Assembly (NCBI RefSeq): GCF_018350175.1
Contig: NC_058368.1
Location: forward strand, 197,720,001-197,780,000
Length of the DNA stretch: 60,000 bases
Origin: Felis catus
Lineage: Eukaryota
Direction of reading: 5' to 3'
Part shown: positions 1 to 11,906 of the stretch, piece after piece
Position numbering within the stretch: position 1 is the stretch's first letter
How the letters are laid out: each line of letters opens with the position of its first letter
Program-made: the position numbers and the translations under genes
Notes under the pieces: generated by a model
Seen by the model: only the letters and a program-made list of their open reading frames with translations
The model's database searches: none
Told to the model about the DNA's origin: nothing

Positions 1-861
1 TTTAGGTTTATGTCTGCTATCTATTAACTTTTATTTTCCAGTTGACCGCTTATTTTATGATTTTTTTTGTGCTTTCTTGCCTTACTTTGGATTAATAATT
101 TATTTTCTATTATTCCATTTTCTCCTTAAGTAGCTTGTTAGATGTGTATTCTTTCAGTGGTTGCCTTAGAGATTAAAATATGCATCCATATGTTATTAGA
201 GTTTAATATAAATTTGTACTTTTACCAATTCTCAGAAAACCTGAAGCCCTTAAACACTGTCTGTATTTATCTCCTTTTGTTTTATGTTTGGCTTTTTAAC
301 CCTACATAGCACTTCACCACCAAAAGACATTATACGCTGTTTGTACAGTAACACATAATTAGCTTTACTTATAGATCCGCCCTTCCCATTTCTCCTCCTG
401 CCTATCTGCATCGCCATGTTTTTGTCTGGGCTCATTTTCCTTCACAAAGAAAGCTCTCCTTACATCATCTTTAGTGCAGGTCTGATGATAAATTCGCTGG
501 TATTTCTCTGGAAGTGTTTTATGTTTCTTTCACGTTTGAAGGATATTTTTACTGGATATGAAATTTCTAGGTTGGCAGTTTTGCTTTCTCTGAGCAGTGC
601 AAAAATATAATTTCATTTTCTTTTGACTCCACATGTACCATTGGGAAGTCAGGTAGAAGTCTTCTTGGGCCTGGGAAGAAAAGTGTCTGTTTTCTCTTCT
701 GGTTGCTTTAAAATTTTTCTATTTGTGTTTAAGTTTTAAGTGGCGTCTATTCATTATTTTGTACCTAGGTGTGCGTTTACTTTGTATTTATCTTGGTTGG
801 AGTCATTGTATTTCTTGAATCTGGGGTTTGATCTATTTTAGCAGTTTTAGAAATTTCTTTA

Positions 862-1083
862 TTTCCTTGTTTATTTTTTAATGTTTATTAATTTTTTTAT
901 AGAGATAGACCCAGAGTGTGAACAGGGGAGGGGCAGAAAGAGAAGGAAACACAGTCTCTGAAGCAGGCTGCAGGCTCTGAGCTGTCAGCACAGAGCCCAA
1001 CGCAAGGGTTGAACTCATGAACTGTGAGATCATGACCTGAGCTGAAGTCGGACACTTAACTGACTGAGCCATCCAGGCACCTC
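862..1083 (-). mobile_element. Can-SINE (SINEC_Fc type)
   Basis: tRNA-like head, (AG) body, T-tail; TSD TAGAAATTTCTTTA. Confidence 0.93.
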
Positions 1084-1438
1084 TAGAAATTTCTTTAAAT
1101 ACCACCTTGCATCTTTCTTTTCTTCACCTTTCTCAGATATCGATTGTATTTATGTTAGACCTTTTCAGTGTGTCCTATCTATCTACAATGTGAATTTTTT
1201 GCGTGTTCCATTCTGGCTTTGTCTCTATGATTGAGTCGCTATGTGTTCCTTCTTCCTGTCTCCCTGTTTAATGCTCTTTCGTCCATATTCCATCTGTATT
1301 AAACCCACCTATTAAATTGTTAATTTCAAAAATGTATCTTAATGTTCTAAAATTTTCCTTTTTGTTCTTATTTTAAAGTTTTCTTGTGAAATTCTATCCA
1401 TCTTGCCATCTATTTTTTTAACATATTAATTATAGTCT

Positions 1439-1656
1439 TAAAAAAATTTTTTTTAAACGTTTATTATTAAGAGACAGAGAGAGACAGAGCATGAGCAGGG
1501 GAGGGGCAGAGAGAGGAGGAGACACAGAATCTGAAGCAGGCTCCAGGCTCTGAGCTGTCAGCACAGAGCCCGACACGGGGCTCGAACTCACAAACCACAA
1601 GATCATGACCTGAGCTGAAGTCGGATGCTTAACCGACTGAGCCACCCAGGCGCCCC
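1439..1656 (-). mobile_element. Can-SINE (SINEC_Fc type)
   Basis: Ends ...gagccacccaggcgcccc; TSD TTATAGTC. Confidence 0.95.
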
Positions 1657-3080
1657 GGTTATAGTCATTTTAAAGTCTGTGTCGTACAATAACTGCAGTG
1701 CCTGGGTCACCCACTAGTGATCCATTCTGTATCCAACATGAATTTTGTTACCAAGAGGAAGACTGTTAGACAGGAAATCCCAAAGAAGTTTGCCACGCTC
1801 CCCAAGAGTAGATTTATTTTAAGTAGAAGATGATGCCATCAGATTTAACCAACGTTTCTGTAGTACCAATGTTCCAAGGCACTTTTTTAAATGCTAAACT
1901 GCATAGCTTGATGGTAAGATACCAAACATTAACCTTCACTGATTTCACTTATGTTGATCTCAACTCCTGGCCTTCTGTGCATTACCTTCCTGTCCCATTT
2001 CTGTACCCCGCCCCCTTCCACTCCACCCCAACCTAGCTTTCTTTCATGTTCTCCTCATGCCGACCGACTGGGTCCCACCTACACTTGTCTCGGTCTTACT
2101 GCTTCCCCTCAATGTTAGACTCTTCCCTCCAAGTTTGCTGGACTTGGCCTGATGGCTACTCTCCTATCAATCTTCCTCTGCCTCCAGTGACATTTATTAG
2201 AGAGCTCTGCGTGCCTGGGTGAGAGATAGACTTTGAATAGCACACGATGAAAGCCAGTCAAGGGTTGACATTGGGGAGTGACTGAATTAGAGGTGTGCCT
2301 CAGGAAGATGAGTCAGCATTACTTATTAATGAGTTCGTGGTAATTACACTATTTTGATAAGGAAAGAAAGAAAGAAAGAAAGAAAAGATTTCCTGGGGCA
2401 TATTCTGAGACTAGTAGGCTGTTTTCATCACATCCTAAGGCTTTTCACACACTTGCCACTTAAAATGGGTGTCGGATAGCTACAATCCATACATGGCATT
2501 GTTAGACTGCTGATTAACATTGGCTTCATTACTGTGTCCTCAGTTGCTGCTCTGGGCTGTAATAGAAGCACAGATACCGTATGTTGCGATGGATTTGCAG
2601 CCACCGACTTTGATCGGAAGTCTGTGGGTTGCTCATTGGTGTCTGAGGCGACCGATCTCCTGTGCAATATTTTTAACTAACTTGGAGAGATGAAAACATG
2701 ATGTTGCAATGACTATTAGTCATGGCAGTAAATAAGTTTGTCACCATTCTAACTCCTCATGCAGCCCACAGTTTTATGGAGTTTCATCCCTATAAATAGG
2801 TTGCATCATGTTTAGAATTCGTGTCATTTAAATCGGAAAATATTTTAAAACAGTTTTCGGAGGATGCTGGCGAGGGTGGAGGGGGTCATGGAAAATCTAG
2901 AAATTCTCTCTCACGTTTCACGTAAAGGCGCCCGAAAAGACAAGTTGAATTATTCATTACATTCAGAGTTAACAATAATTGCTTTCGGCAAGGTGATCCG
3001 TATCGAACGGCCAATGTGTCGCTCTTGGCAGGCCAATAATTAACGTAATGATATCATTACAGATTAAAGCAACAAAAATA

Positions 3081-3568
3081 CAGGTATCCCTTGCTTTCTG
3101 AAAGTCGGTGTTAGGCCACTTGACTTTTACAAAAGACCTACGTTAGTTTTCACTCACCAAAAGTAATCCGAAGAGGATTGGGGCTTTTATGAAAAAAAAG
3201 GCAAAAGGCAAAAATTAGTGTTCGGCATTGGTTTTGCAGCAAGTCCTAGAGAGGCAACGCAGAGAGCAGCGAGGGTGACGGTGGCCAGCTCCTTCCCTGG
3301 GAACTACACCCAGCATCTCGGCAGCAAAGCCGCGAGAGCTTTGGGCTGTGTCTGTGAGCTTCTGTGCTAACCTACCCTGTGCCTCCGTTACCAGGAGGTG
3401 TCCTCAGGTTGCTAAGGACACAGCCTAAGAAAGGTTATTTTGAGGATCTGGAAATGCCCCCCAATTTTTCCATATAAGTTAACAGTAATTGCTTTTTGGC
3501 TTTATACCATTTGAGCTTACGAAAGATTTTGTAGGAACACTCTGCTTTTGGATACTGGGGGAAACCTG
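3081..3568. mobile_element. Non-autonomous Tigger/pogo-like DNA transposon
   Basis: TA target duplication on both sides; imperfect TIRs CAGGTATCCCTTGCTTTCTGAAAG and (rc) CAGGTTTCCCCCAGTATCCAAAAG. Confidence 0.75.
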
Positions 3569-3799
3569 TATATGAAGACTTCCACTGATACAAATACTTT
3601 GAGCACCTTCTCTGTGTTGGGCTTTTTTTTTTTTTTTTTGCTGCTTGTGGGTAGGATATATTCTGTATCCTGGGGGCTGTTATTCAGGTTAGCATTGGTA
3701 AAGTGTTTGGAAGAGAGGGATGTGATGATGCAGATGTCATAGGAAATCTATTTTCTGGCTTTGGGAGGCAGCCGAGGATCTGGTTTTGGAGGACAGTAC

Positions 3800-4064
3800 A
3801 AGTGATATTGGCTTTGACACCTACCCCGGAGTCCAGAGTGTGGGCCGTGACATCTGTGCCCAGTGGTGGCGCTGGTGATGGAATTTTCTCTGCAGCAGTC
3901 CCATAATGTTTGAGTGTTTTTTCTGGTTGGGTTGACTCCAACCTTGACTCTCTGATCTTTCTAGAAATTCTAGAACTTCCTAATGTCCTTTAATAAATGT
4001 CTTCTCTGCCTAAATGAGCTACAGAGGAATCTTGCTATTTGCAACTAGAAATACCGAGTAATAC
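3800..4064 (+). mobile_element. MaLR LTR fragment (MLT1-like)
   Basis: 3' end aataaatgtcttctctgcctaa...gctatttgcaactagaaa...taataca. Confidence 0.6.
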
Positions 4065-4826
4065 ACTCTGCACGATCCCATTGGTTTAAAGAAATTGTTT
4101 GCGTAGAAAAAAGTAACACTGGTTATTTCTGTTGAGTGGGATTTCTGCAGATTTCAGGCTTTTATGTTTGCTTTTCTTTAGTTTTGTGATTGTCCACAAT
4201 AAGCAACTATTTCTCATGCCAAAGCTTCTGGGGAACATTCATGGGGAACCCTGTTACTTTATAGTATTAGTCCGTTTGTGGAACATGAGACATGAGAAAT
4301 TCTATTGGCTTTCTGAGATTGGGTTGAAGGTTTTATAAAAATAAGGTCGATAGCCATAGCACTTCGTGGAGACTTAGGAGATCGGGGTCCATGCCAGCTT
4401 TGGCTCCAACTGCTTGTGTGACCTTGACAACATCATCGCTTTTTTGGGCCTCCATTCTTTCATTTGCACAGTGACTAGGTTGGGATAGATCACTGATGTT
4501 TAAACTTGGCTCTGTGTATGTTGCTGGTGAAGGAGAGAAGGATTATATGCACCTGGGCTGCACGGTCCTACTTCTTAAACCAAAGGAGAGTCACATGTGT
4601 CTATCTCACGTATTGGATTTCAGAGTATTCTTTGAAAAAGTTTCCTGACTAGTAACAAATTTGAGAATCTGTGGAGCTAAATTATGTTTAAGAGCCTTTT
4701 AAGCTCCAGTATTCTATGATTTCATTAGTTTTCCCACTGAATTGTCCCCCTGCCTCCCCCCCCACACACACACCACAGAGTCACAGAAAACTGGAAAAGA
4801 CCTTTCTTAAAAATATTTTTAAATTT

Positions 4827-5050
4827 GGGGAGACTGGGTGGCTCAGTTGGTTGAGCATCCGACTTCAGCTCAGGTCAGGAGCTCACAGTCTGTGAGTTCA
4901 AGCCCTGCTTCGGGCTCTGTGCTGACAGCTCAGAGCCTGGAGCCTGCTTCAGATTCTGTGTCTCCCTCTCTCTCTGCCCCTCCCCTGTTCATAGTCTGTC
5001 TCTCTCTGTCTCAAAAATAAATAAAAACATTAAAAAATAAATTTAAAAAA
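4827..5050 (+). mobile_element. Can-SINE inserted in the tail of an opposite-strand SINE
   Basis: ggggagactgggtggctcag head; TSD TTTTAAATTT. Confidence 0.92.
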
Positions 5051-5060
5051 TTTTAAATTT

Positions 5061-5307
5061 ATTCAGAGAGAAGCACATGAGTGGGGGAGAGGGGGACTTT
5101 TATTTAAAACAAATAAAAATTTTTTTAATTTTGTTTTAGAGAGAGAAGCGTGTGAGTGGGTGAGAGGGGCAGAGGGAGAGAATCTCAAGTAAGCTACACA
5201 ACTCAGCGTGGAGCCCAACGCAAGGCTTGATCTCACAGCCCTGGGATCATGAACTGAGCCAAAACCAAGAGTCGGATGCTCAACCAACTGAGCCACCCGA
5301 GTGCCCC
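5061..5307 (-). mobile_element. Older Can-SINE (outer element of nested pair)
   Basis: TSD CTGGAAAAGACCTTT at 4791-4805 and from 5307 brackets both SINEs. Confidence 0.88.
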
Positions 5308-6136
5308 TGGAAAAGACCTTTTTAACCTAAACCTTTTACTCTTATAATTTCTAATTATATTATCTAAGAACGTAGTTCTCCTTTAAGAGTTCACTTGCCT
5401 TAAGACAAGCATTTATGTGTTTAGGATTCTGTTATTCTATTTGTCATTGACAGTATGTTTATAAGACATAAAATATATTATTATCAGGAATACATATTAT
5501 GTTGTGATTGGAATATAAACAAATGAAAGTAATTCCACTGATACCTAAAAAGTAGAACATCGTTGCTGACTACAACTTAATATGCTTTAACCTGTAAGCA
5601 TAATGAAGAAAAATAGTTTCATTATCAGGAAAGGTGTAATAACAATTCATGCTGAGAAGTTTGCACCTGGACTTTATGGATCAGCTTATTATTTTTCTAG
5701 CATATTCAAAATATATTATGGGGAATTGAAGTAGGTTGAAAATTGAGTATGACTGAGGCATTGGTCATTTGGGGGCGTTGGTAAGAGATAAAGCCTAAAA
5801 CAAAGATCAGATTATCAGTGGCCTTGGATTTCATCTTATATTTTAGGTTATTTTGAAGGTGGCAGTAAAGTGGCAGTAAAGGTTTTTAAGCAGAAGAGTG
5901 GCATGATTAGACTTGGATTTTAGGAAGACAAGACAGGCTGCAGTGAGGATAATGAATTAGAGGAGGTCAAGTCTTAGCACAGAGGGAGTAACTAGGAGGC
6001 TTATTTCGTGTATGAGATTAAAAAACTAAGTTGGTTTCATTGGAGATGGACAAAAGTAGATGTTTTCCAGAAAAAAGTAGAGATAGAAGCCATAAGATTT
6101 ATGTATATGGATAAGAGAATAAGAAAATATGAGGCA

Positions 6137-6361
6137 GGGGCGCCTGGGTGGCTCAGTTGGTTAAGCGTCCAACTTCAGCTCAGGTCACGATCTCACTGTC
6201 CGTGAGTTCGAGCCCCGCGTCGGGCTCTGTGCTGACTGCTCAGAGCCTGGAGCCTGTTTCAGATTCTGTGTCTCCCTCTCTCTCTGATCCTCCCCCATTC
6301 ATGCTCTGTCTCTCTCTGTCTCAAAATAAATAAACGTTAAAAAAAAATTAAAAAAAAAAGA
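6137..6361 (+). mobile_element. Can-SINE (young)
   Basis: Near-consensus body; TSD AAGAAAATATGAGGCA. Confidence 0.95.
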
Positions 6362-6379
6362 AAGAAAATATGAGGCACT

Positions 6380-6609
6380 GGGGCCCCTGGGTGGTTCAGT
6401 CAGTCAAGCGTCTGACTTTGGCTCAGGTCATGATCTCATGCGCTCGTGGGTTCAAGCTCTATGTCGGGTAGGCTCTGTGCTGAGAGCTCAGAGCCTGGAG
6501 CCTGCTTCGGATTCTATGTCTCCATTGCTCTCTGCCCCTTCCCCACTCGTTCATTTTCTCCCTCTCTCTCTCTGTCTCTCTCTTTCTCAAATAAATAAAC
6601 ATTTAAAAA
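6380..6609 (+). mobile_element. Can-SINE
   Basis: Same TSD AAGAAAATATGAGGCA at 6362 and 6610. Confidence 0.93.
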
Positions 6610-6961
6610 AAGAAAATATGAGGCATTAATGATGATGCTGTTGTTAGTTTCTTAGCCAGTTGACTGGAACAAAATCTGAAGGAAAAGTAGATTTGGGAAT
6701 AAGTAATAGAAGTCCTATTTTGTAATGTGGATGTGGGGTTCGAATTTCTTACTATTCTCATGGTCTGGGAACTGGCAAGCCAAGGAAATGTCATAAAATT
6801 GGGTCTAGAAGGCCTCCTACCTGAAGAAAATTCAGAATTCCTCTGGAGAGACACATAGTGACTTTAGGAGGTCTAGAATTATCCCAGATAAAGTCTCACC
6901 AAAGATGAGCTTATGGTTCAAAACTGCAAAATATATGAGAGGAAAAGTTGCTTTCTTTTCT

Positions 6962-7149
6962 TAATTTTTTAAAATGTTTGTTTATTTTTTGAGAGAGAGA
7001 GACAGTGAGCCAAGGAAGGGAAGAGAGAGAGGGGAGGAGATGATCCAAAGTGGGTTCTGAACTGACAAGCGGGACTTGAACTCATGAACCATAAGATGGT
7101 GACCTGAGTTGAAGTAAGACTCTTAACAGATTGAGCTACCCAGGAGCCC
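6962..7149 (-). mobile_element. Can-SINE (diverged)
   Basis: TSD AAAAGTTGCTTTC. Confidence 0.88.
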
Positions 7150-7278
7150 TGAGAAAAAGTTGCTTTCAATGAGAGTCAGTACACCCCCAAATCAGCAAGA
7201 TTTTAACTTGGAGAACTTCAGATACCCGACCAGTTAGATAGAAACTACAAAATAATTTTTAAAATCAATAAAGGAATC

Positions 7279-7497
7279 GGGCGCCTGGGTGGTGCAGTCG
7301 GTTAAGCGTCCGACTTCAGCCAGGTCACGATCTCGCGGTCTGTGAGTTCGAGCCCCGCGTCGGGCTCTGGGCTGACGGCTCAGAGCCTGGAGCCTGTTTC
7401 CAATTCTGTGTCTCCCTCTCTCTCTGCCCCTCCCCCGTTCATGCTCTGTCTCTCTCTGTCCCAAAAATAAATAAACGTTGGAAAAAAAATTTTTTTT
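7279..7497 (+). mobile_element. Can-SINE (young, CpG-rich)
   Basis: TSD AATCAATAAAGGAATC at 7263 and 7498. Confidence 0.95.
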
Positions 7498-7564
7498 AAT
7501 CAATAAAGGAATCAAAACTATAAGAAAATTATGAGACACCATGATAAAGAATAAGCCAAAATAG

Positions 7565-10500
7565 ATAACAGGCTTAGCTCAAGAAATAAGAAAAAACTCA
7601 AACGATCACACTTCCCACCTGAAGGAACTAGAAAAAGAACAAAGCCCAGAGTTAGTAGAAGGAAGGAAATAATAAAGATCAGAATAAAAATAAATGGAGA
7701 CTAAAAATGTAGAAAAGCTCAATGAAACTAAGAGCTGGTTCCTTGAGAAATAAACAAAATTGCTAAACCTTTAACCAGACTCATCAAGAAAAAAGAGAGG
7801 ACTCAAATAAAATCAGACATGAAAGAGAAGTTGCAACTGACATCACAGAAATAGAAATGATTATGAAAGACTATTATGAAAAAATTCAATGCAAACAGGT
7901 TGGACAACTTCGAAGAAATGAAGAAATTCCTAGAAACATACAATATTCTAAGACTGAATCAGGAGGAAATGAAAAAAACCTGAACAGATCAATTACCAGT
8001 AATGAAATTGAATCAGTGATCAAAAAAACTCCAAAAAAAAAAAAAAAAAAACAGAAGCGCAGGGCCAGATGGCTTCACAGGTGAATTCTACCAAAATTTA
8101 AAGAAGAGTTAATACGTAGAATTCAGAAACCATTTCAAAAAATGGAAGACGAAGGAATGCTTCCAGATTTATTCTGTGATGTCAGCATTACTCTGACACC
8201 AAAACAAGACAAACACACTACAAAAAACAGACCAATATCCCTGATGAACATAGATGCAAAAATCCTCAACAAAATACTAGCCAACTGAATTCAACAGTAC
8301 ATTAAAAGGATCACTCACCACAGTCGATTGGGATTTATTCTAGGAATACAGGCATGATTCAGTATCTGGAAATCAATCAGTATGATGCACTGCATCAACA
8401 AAAGGAAGGATAAAAAAATATATAATCACCTCAATAGATGCAGAGAAAGCATTTGACAGAATTGAACCACCATTCATGATAAAAACTCCCAAAGAATGGG
8501 TGTAAAAGGAACATACCTCAACATAATAAAGGCCATATATGACAGTCCCACAACTAGAGTCATACTTAATGGCTTTCAGCTTTTCCTCTAAGATCAGAAG
8601 CAAGACAAGAATGTGCACGGTCACCACTTGTATTCAACTGTATTCCTGGAAGTCTTAGCTAAAACAGTCAGACAAAAAAATAAAATAAAATAAAATAAAA
8701 TAAAATAAAATAAAATGCATCCATATTGATAAGGAAGAAGTCAAACCATCCCTACTTGCAGACGATATGATACTTTATATAGAAAATCCTGAAGACTCCA
8801 CTAAAAAACTATCAGAATAAATGAGTTCAGTGAAGTTACAGAATAATAAATTAATATACAGAAATCTGTTTTCTTTTTACACACTAGTAATGAAATAACA
8901 GAAGGAGAAATTAAGAAAACGGTTCCATTTACAATTGCACCAAAAAGACTAAAATATCTAGGAATAAATTTAACCAAGGAGGTAAAAGACCTGTACTCTG
9001 AAAACTATAAGACATTGGTGAAAGACATTAAAGACCACAGAAATAAGTGGAAAGGCATACCATGATCGTGGATGGGAAGAATTAATATTGTTAACTGTCC
9101 ATATTATCCAAAGCAATCTTCAGAGTCAATGCAATCTCTCAAAATATGAATAGTATTTTTAATGGAACTAGAACAAATTACCTGAAAATTTGTGTGAAAC
9201 CACAAGAGACCCCAAACAGCCAAAGCTGTCTTAAGAAAGAAAAAAGCTGGAGGTATGACAATCCCAGATTTCAAGATGTACTACAGAGCTATAGCAATTG
9301 AAACAGTATGGTATGGGCATGAAAATAGACACATAGATCAATGGAACAACAAAGGAGGAAACAATATACAGTAGGAAAAGACAGTCTCTTCAATAAATGG
9401 TTTTGGGACAACCGGACAGGTACGTTCAAAAAGAAACTGAACCACTATACACAAAGATAAACTCAGAATGGGTTGATGACCTCAATGCACAACTTGAAAT
9501 CGTAAAACTCCTAAAAGAAAACATACGCAGCAATCTCTTGGACATCGGCTTTAGCGGTATTTTTCTGGATCTGCCTCTGTAGGCAGGGGAAACAAAAGCA
9601 AAAATAAGCAATTGGGACTACATCAGACCAAGAAGCTTTTTCACACAGAAGGAAACCTCTACAAAATGAAAAGACAATTTACAGAATTGGAAAAGATACT
9701 TGCAAAAAATACAGTAAGGGTTAATATCCGAAATATGTAAAGAATTCAGGCAAATCAACACCCAAAACACAAATAATCCAATCAAAAATGGACAGAGGAC
9801 TTGGATAGACATTTTTCCCAAAGAAGACATAAGGATAGCAAACAGACATACGAAAAGATATTCGACATCACTAATCATCATGGAAATGCAAATCAAACCC
9901 ACAGTGAGATATGACCTCATACTAGTCAGAACTAGTGTCAAAAGATAAGAAATAACAGTTATGTGGGTGAGGATGTGGAGAAAGGGGAACCCTTGTGTAC
10001 TGTTGCTAGGAATGTAAATTGCTGAAGCCATTATGGAACACAGTATGGAAAATTAAAAATTAAAATATTATATGATTCAGTAATTCCACTGCTTGGTATT
10101 TACCCAAAGAAAATGAAAACACTAACTTGAAATGATATATGCACTCTTACATTTATTGTAATAAACAAAGTGTTTGTAAATAAATAAATGCTATTTACAG
10201 TATCCAAGATATGGAAGCAACCTAAGTGTCCATCGATCGAAGAATGAATAAAGAAGATGTGATATATAACCAGAATAGAATATTAGTTGGCCACAAAAAA
10301 GAATGAGATCTTGCCATTTATGACAACGTGGATAAAACTAGAGAGTATTATGCCAAGTGAAATAAGTCAGACAGAGAAAGATGAATACCATGTATTCACT
10401 TATTTGTGGAATATAAAAACCAAAACAAATAAACAAACCAATCAGAACTAGACTTCACAAATACACAGAACAAACTGGTGGTTGCCAGAGAGGAGGGGGA

Positions 10501-10740
10501 TAGGGAAATGGGCGAAATAGGGGAAGGGGATTAAGAGGTACAAACTTGCAGTTTATAAAATAAATCCCAGGGATGAAGAGTACAGCATAGAGAATATAGT
10601 CAATACCAGCACAATAACTTTGTATAGTGACAGATGGTAACTACACTTACCATGGTGAGCATTTCATAATTGTTAAATCATTATGTTGTATGTCTGAAAC
10701 TAATATAATATGGTATGTCAACTATACTTAAATTTAAAAA
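7565..10740 (+). mobile_element. 5'-truncated L1 (decayed ORF2 RT region to 3' UTR; L1MA/L1_Carn-like)
   Basis: ORF2 motifs (ccaatatccctgatgaacatagatgcaaaaatcctcaac; gcagacgatatgatact = ADDM), many stops and frameshifts, typical 3' UTR ending tatgtcaactatacttaaatttaaaaa. Confidence 0.95.
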
Positions 10741-10824
10741 ATATATCAAGTTCATTTCCAAAGTAGTTGTAGCAATTCACATTTGCACTAAGATTACTAT
10801 TTTTAAAAGGAATAAATACATATT

Positions 10825-11906
10825 TTAAAGTTTTACTTAAATTCCCGTTAGTTAGCATACAGTGTGATATTAATTCCAGGTGTTCATATCATGATCCAAC
10901 ACTTTCCTACATCACCCAGGGCTCATCACATCAAGTGCACTTTTTAAGTCCCATCACTTGTTTAACTCATCCCCCCCACCCATCTCCCCTCTTGTAACCA
11001 TCAGTGTGTTCTCTATAGTTAAGACTCTGTTTCTTGGTTTGCCTCTCTCTCTGTGTGTTTTTTTTCCCCTTTGCTCATTTGTTTTGTTTCTTAAATTCCA
11101 CATATGAGTGAAATCAGATAGTATTTGTCTTTCTCTGACTGACTTCTTTTGCTTAGCATAATATTCTCTAGTTCCATTCATGCCGTCGCAAATGGCAACA
11201 TTTCATTCTTTTTTATGGCTGAGTAGTATTCCATTGTGTGTATATGTGTGTGTGTGCGTATGTGCGTGTGTGCGTGTGCGTGTATGTGTGTGTGAACATA
11301 CCACATCTTCTGAATCCATTCATTAGTCGATGGACCCTTGGGCTGTTCCATATTTTGGCTATTGTGGATAATGCTGATGTAAACATCAGGGTGCATGTAT
11401 CCCTTTGAGTTAGTATTTTTTATTCTTTGGGTAAATGCCTGGTAGTGCAATTGCTGAATCGTAGAGTATTTTTACTTTTAGCTTTCTGAGAAACCTCCAT
11501 ACTGTTTTCAGAGTGGCTGCACCAGTTTATATTCCCATCAACAGTGCAAGAAGGTTCTCCTTTCTCCACATCCTTGCCAACATCTGTTGTTTCTTGTGTT
11601 GTTGACTTTAGCCATTCTGACAGGTGTGGGGTGACAACTCATTGTAGTTTTGGTTTGCATTTCGCTGGTGAGTGATGTTGAACATCTTTTCATGTGTCTG
11701 TTAGCCACCTATTATGTCTTCTTTGGAAAAATTCTATTCATGTCTTCTGCCCATTTATAATAGGATTATTCATTTTTGCTGTGTTGAGTTTTAAAACTCT
11801 TTATATATTCTTGATACTCACCCTTTATCACATATGTCATTTGCAAATATTTTCCCGCATTCTGTAGGTTGCCTTTTAGTGTTCTTGATTTTTTCCTTTG
11901 CTGTGC
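10825..11906 (-). mobile_element. 5'-truncated carnivore L1 3' end (different subfamily)
   Basis: Antisense ORF2 C-terminus (MEYYSAIKKNE) and 3' UTR; internal (TG/CG) microsatellite at ~11236-11293. Confidence 0.93.

Larger units (their letters stand above)
1..1700 (-). mobile_element. Old L1 (L1M/L1ME-type) fragment, interrupted by two SINEs
   Basis: T-rich antisense L1 text, e.g. gaaggatatttttactggatatgaaatttctaggttggcagtttt. Confidence 0.7.

Noticed and set aside
4827..4910. tRNA-like A/B boxes at SINE heads
   Set aside because: tRNA-derived SINE promoters, not tRNA genes
7857..11450. ORFs with L1 ORF2-like peptides
   Set aside because: Fragments of decayed, 5'-truncated L1s with many stops and frameshifts; no intact ORF2
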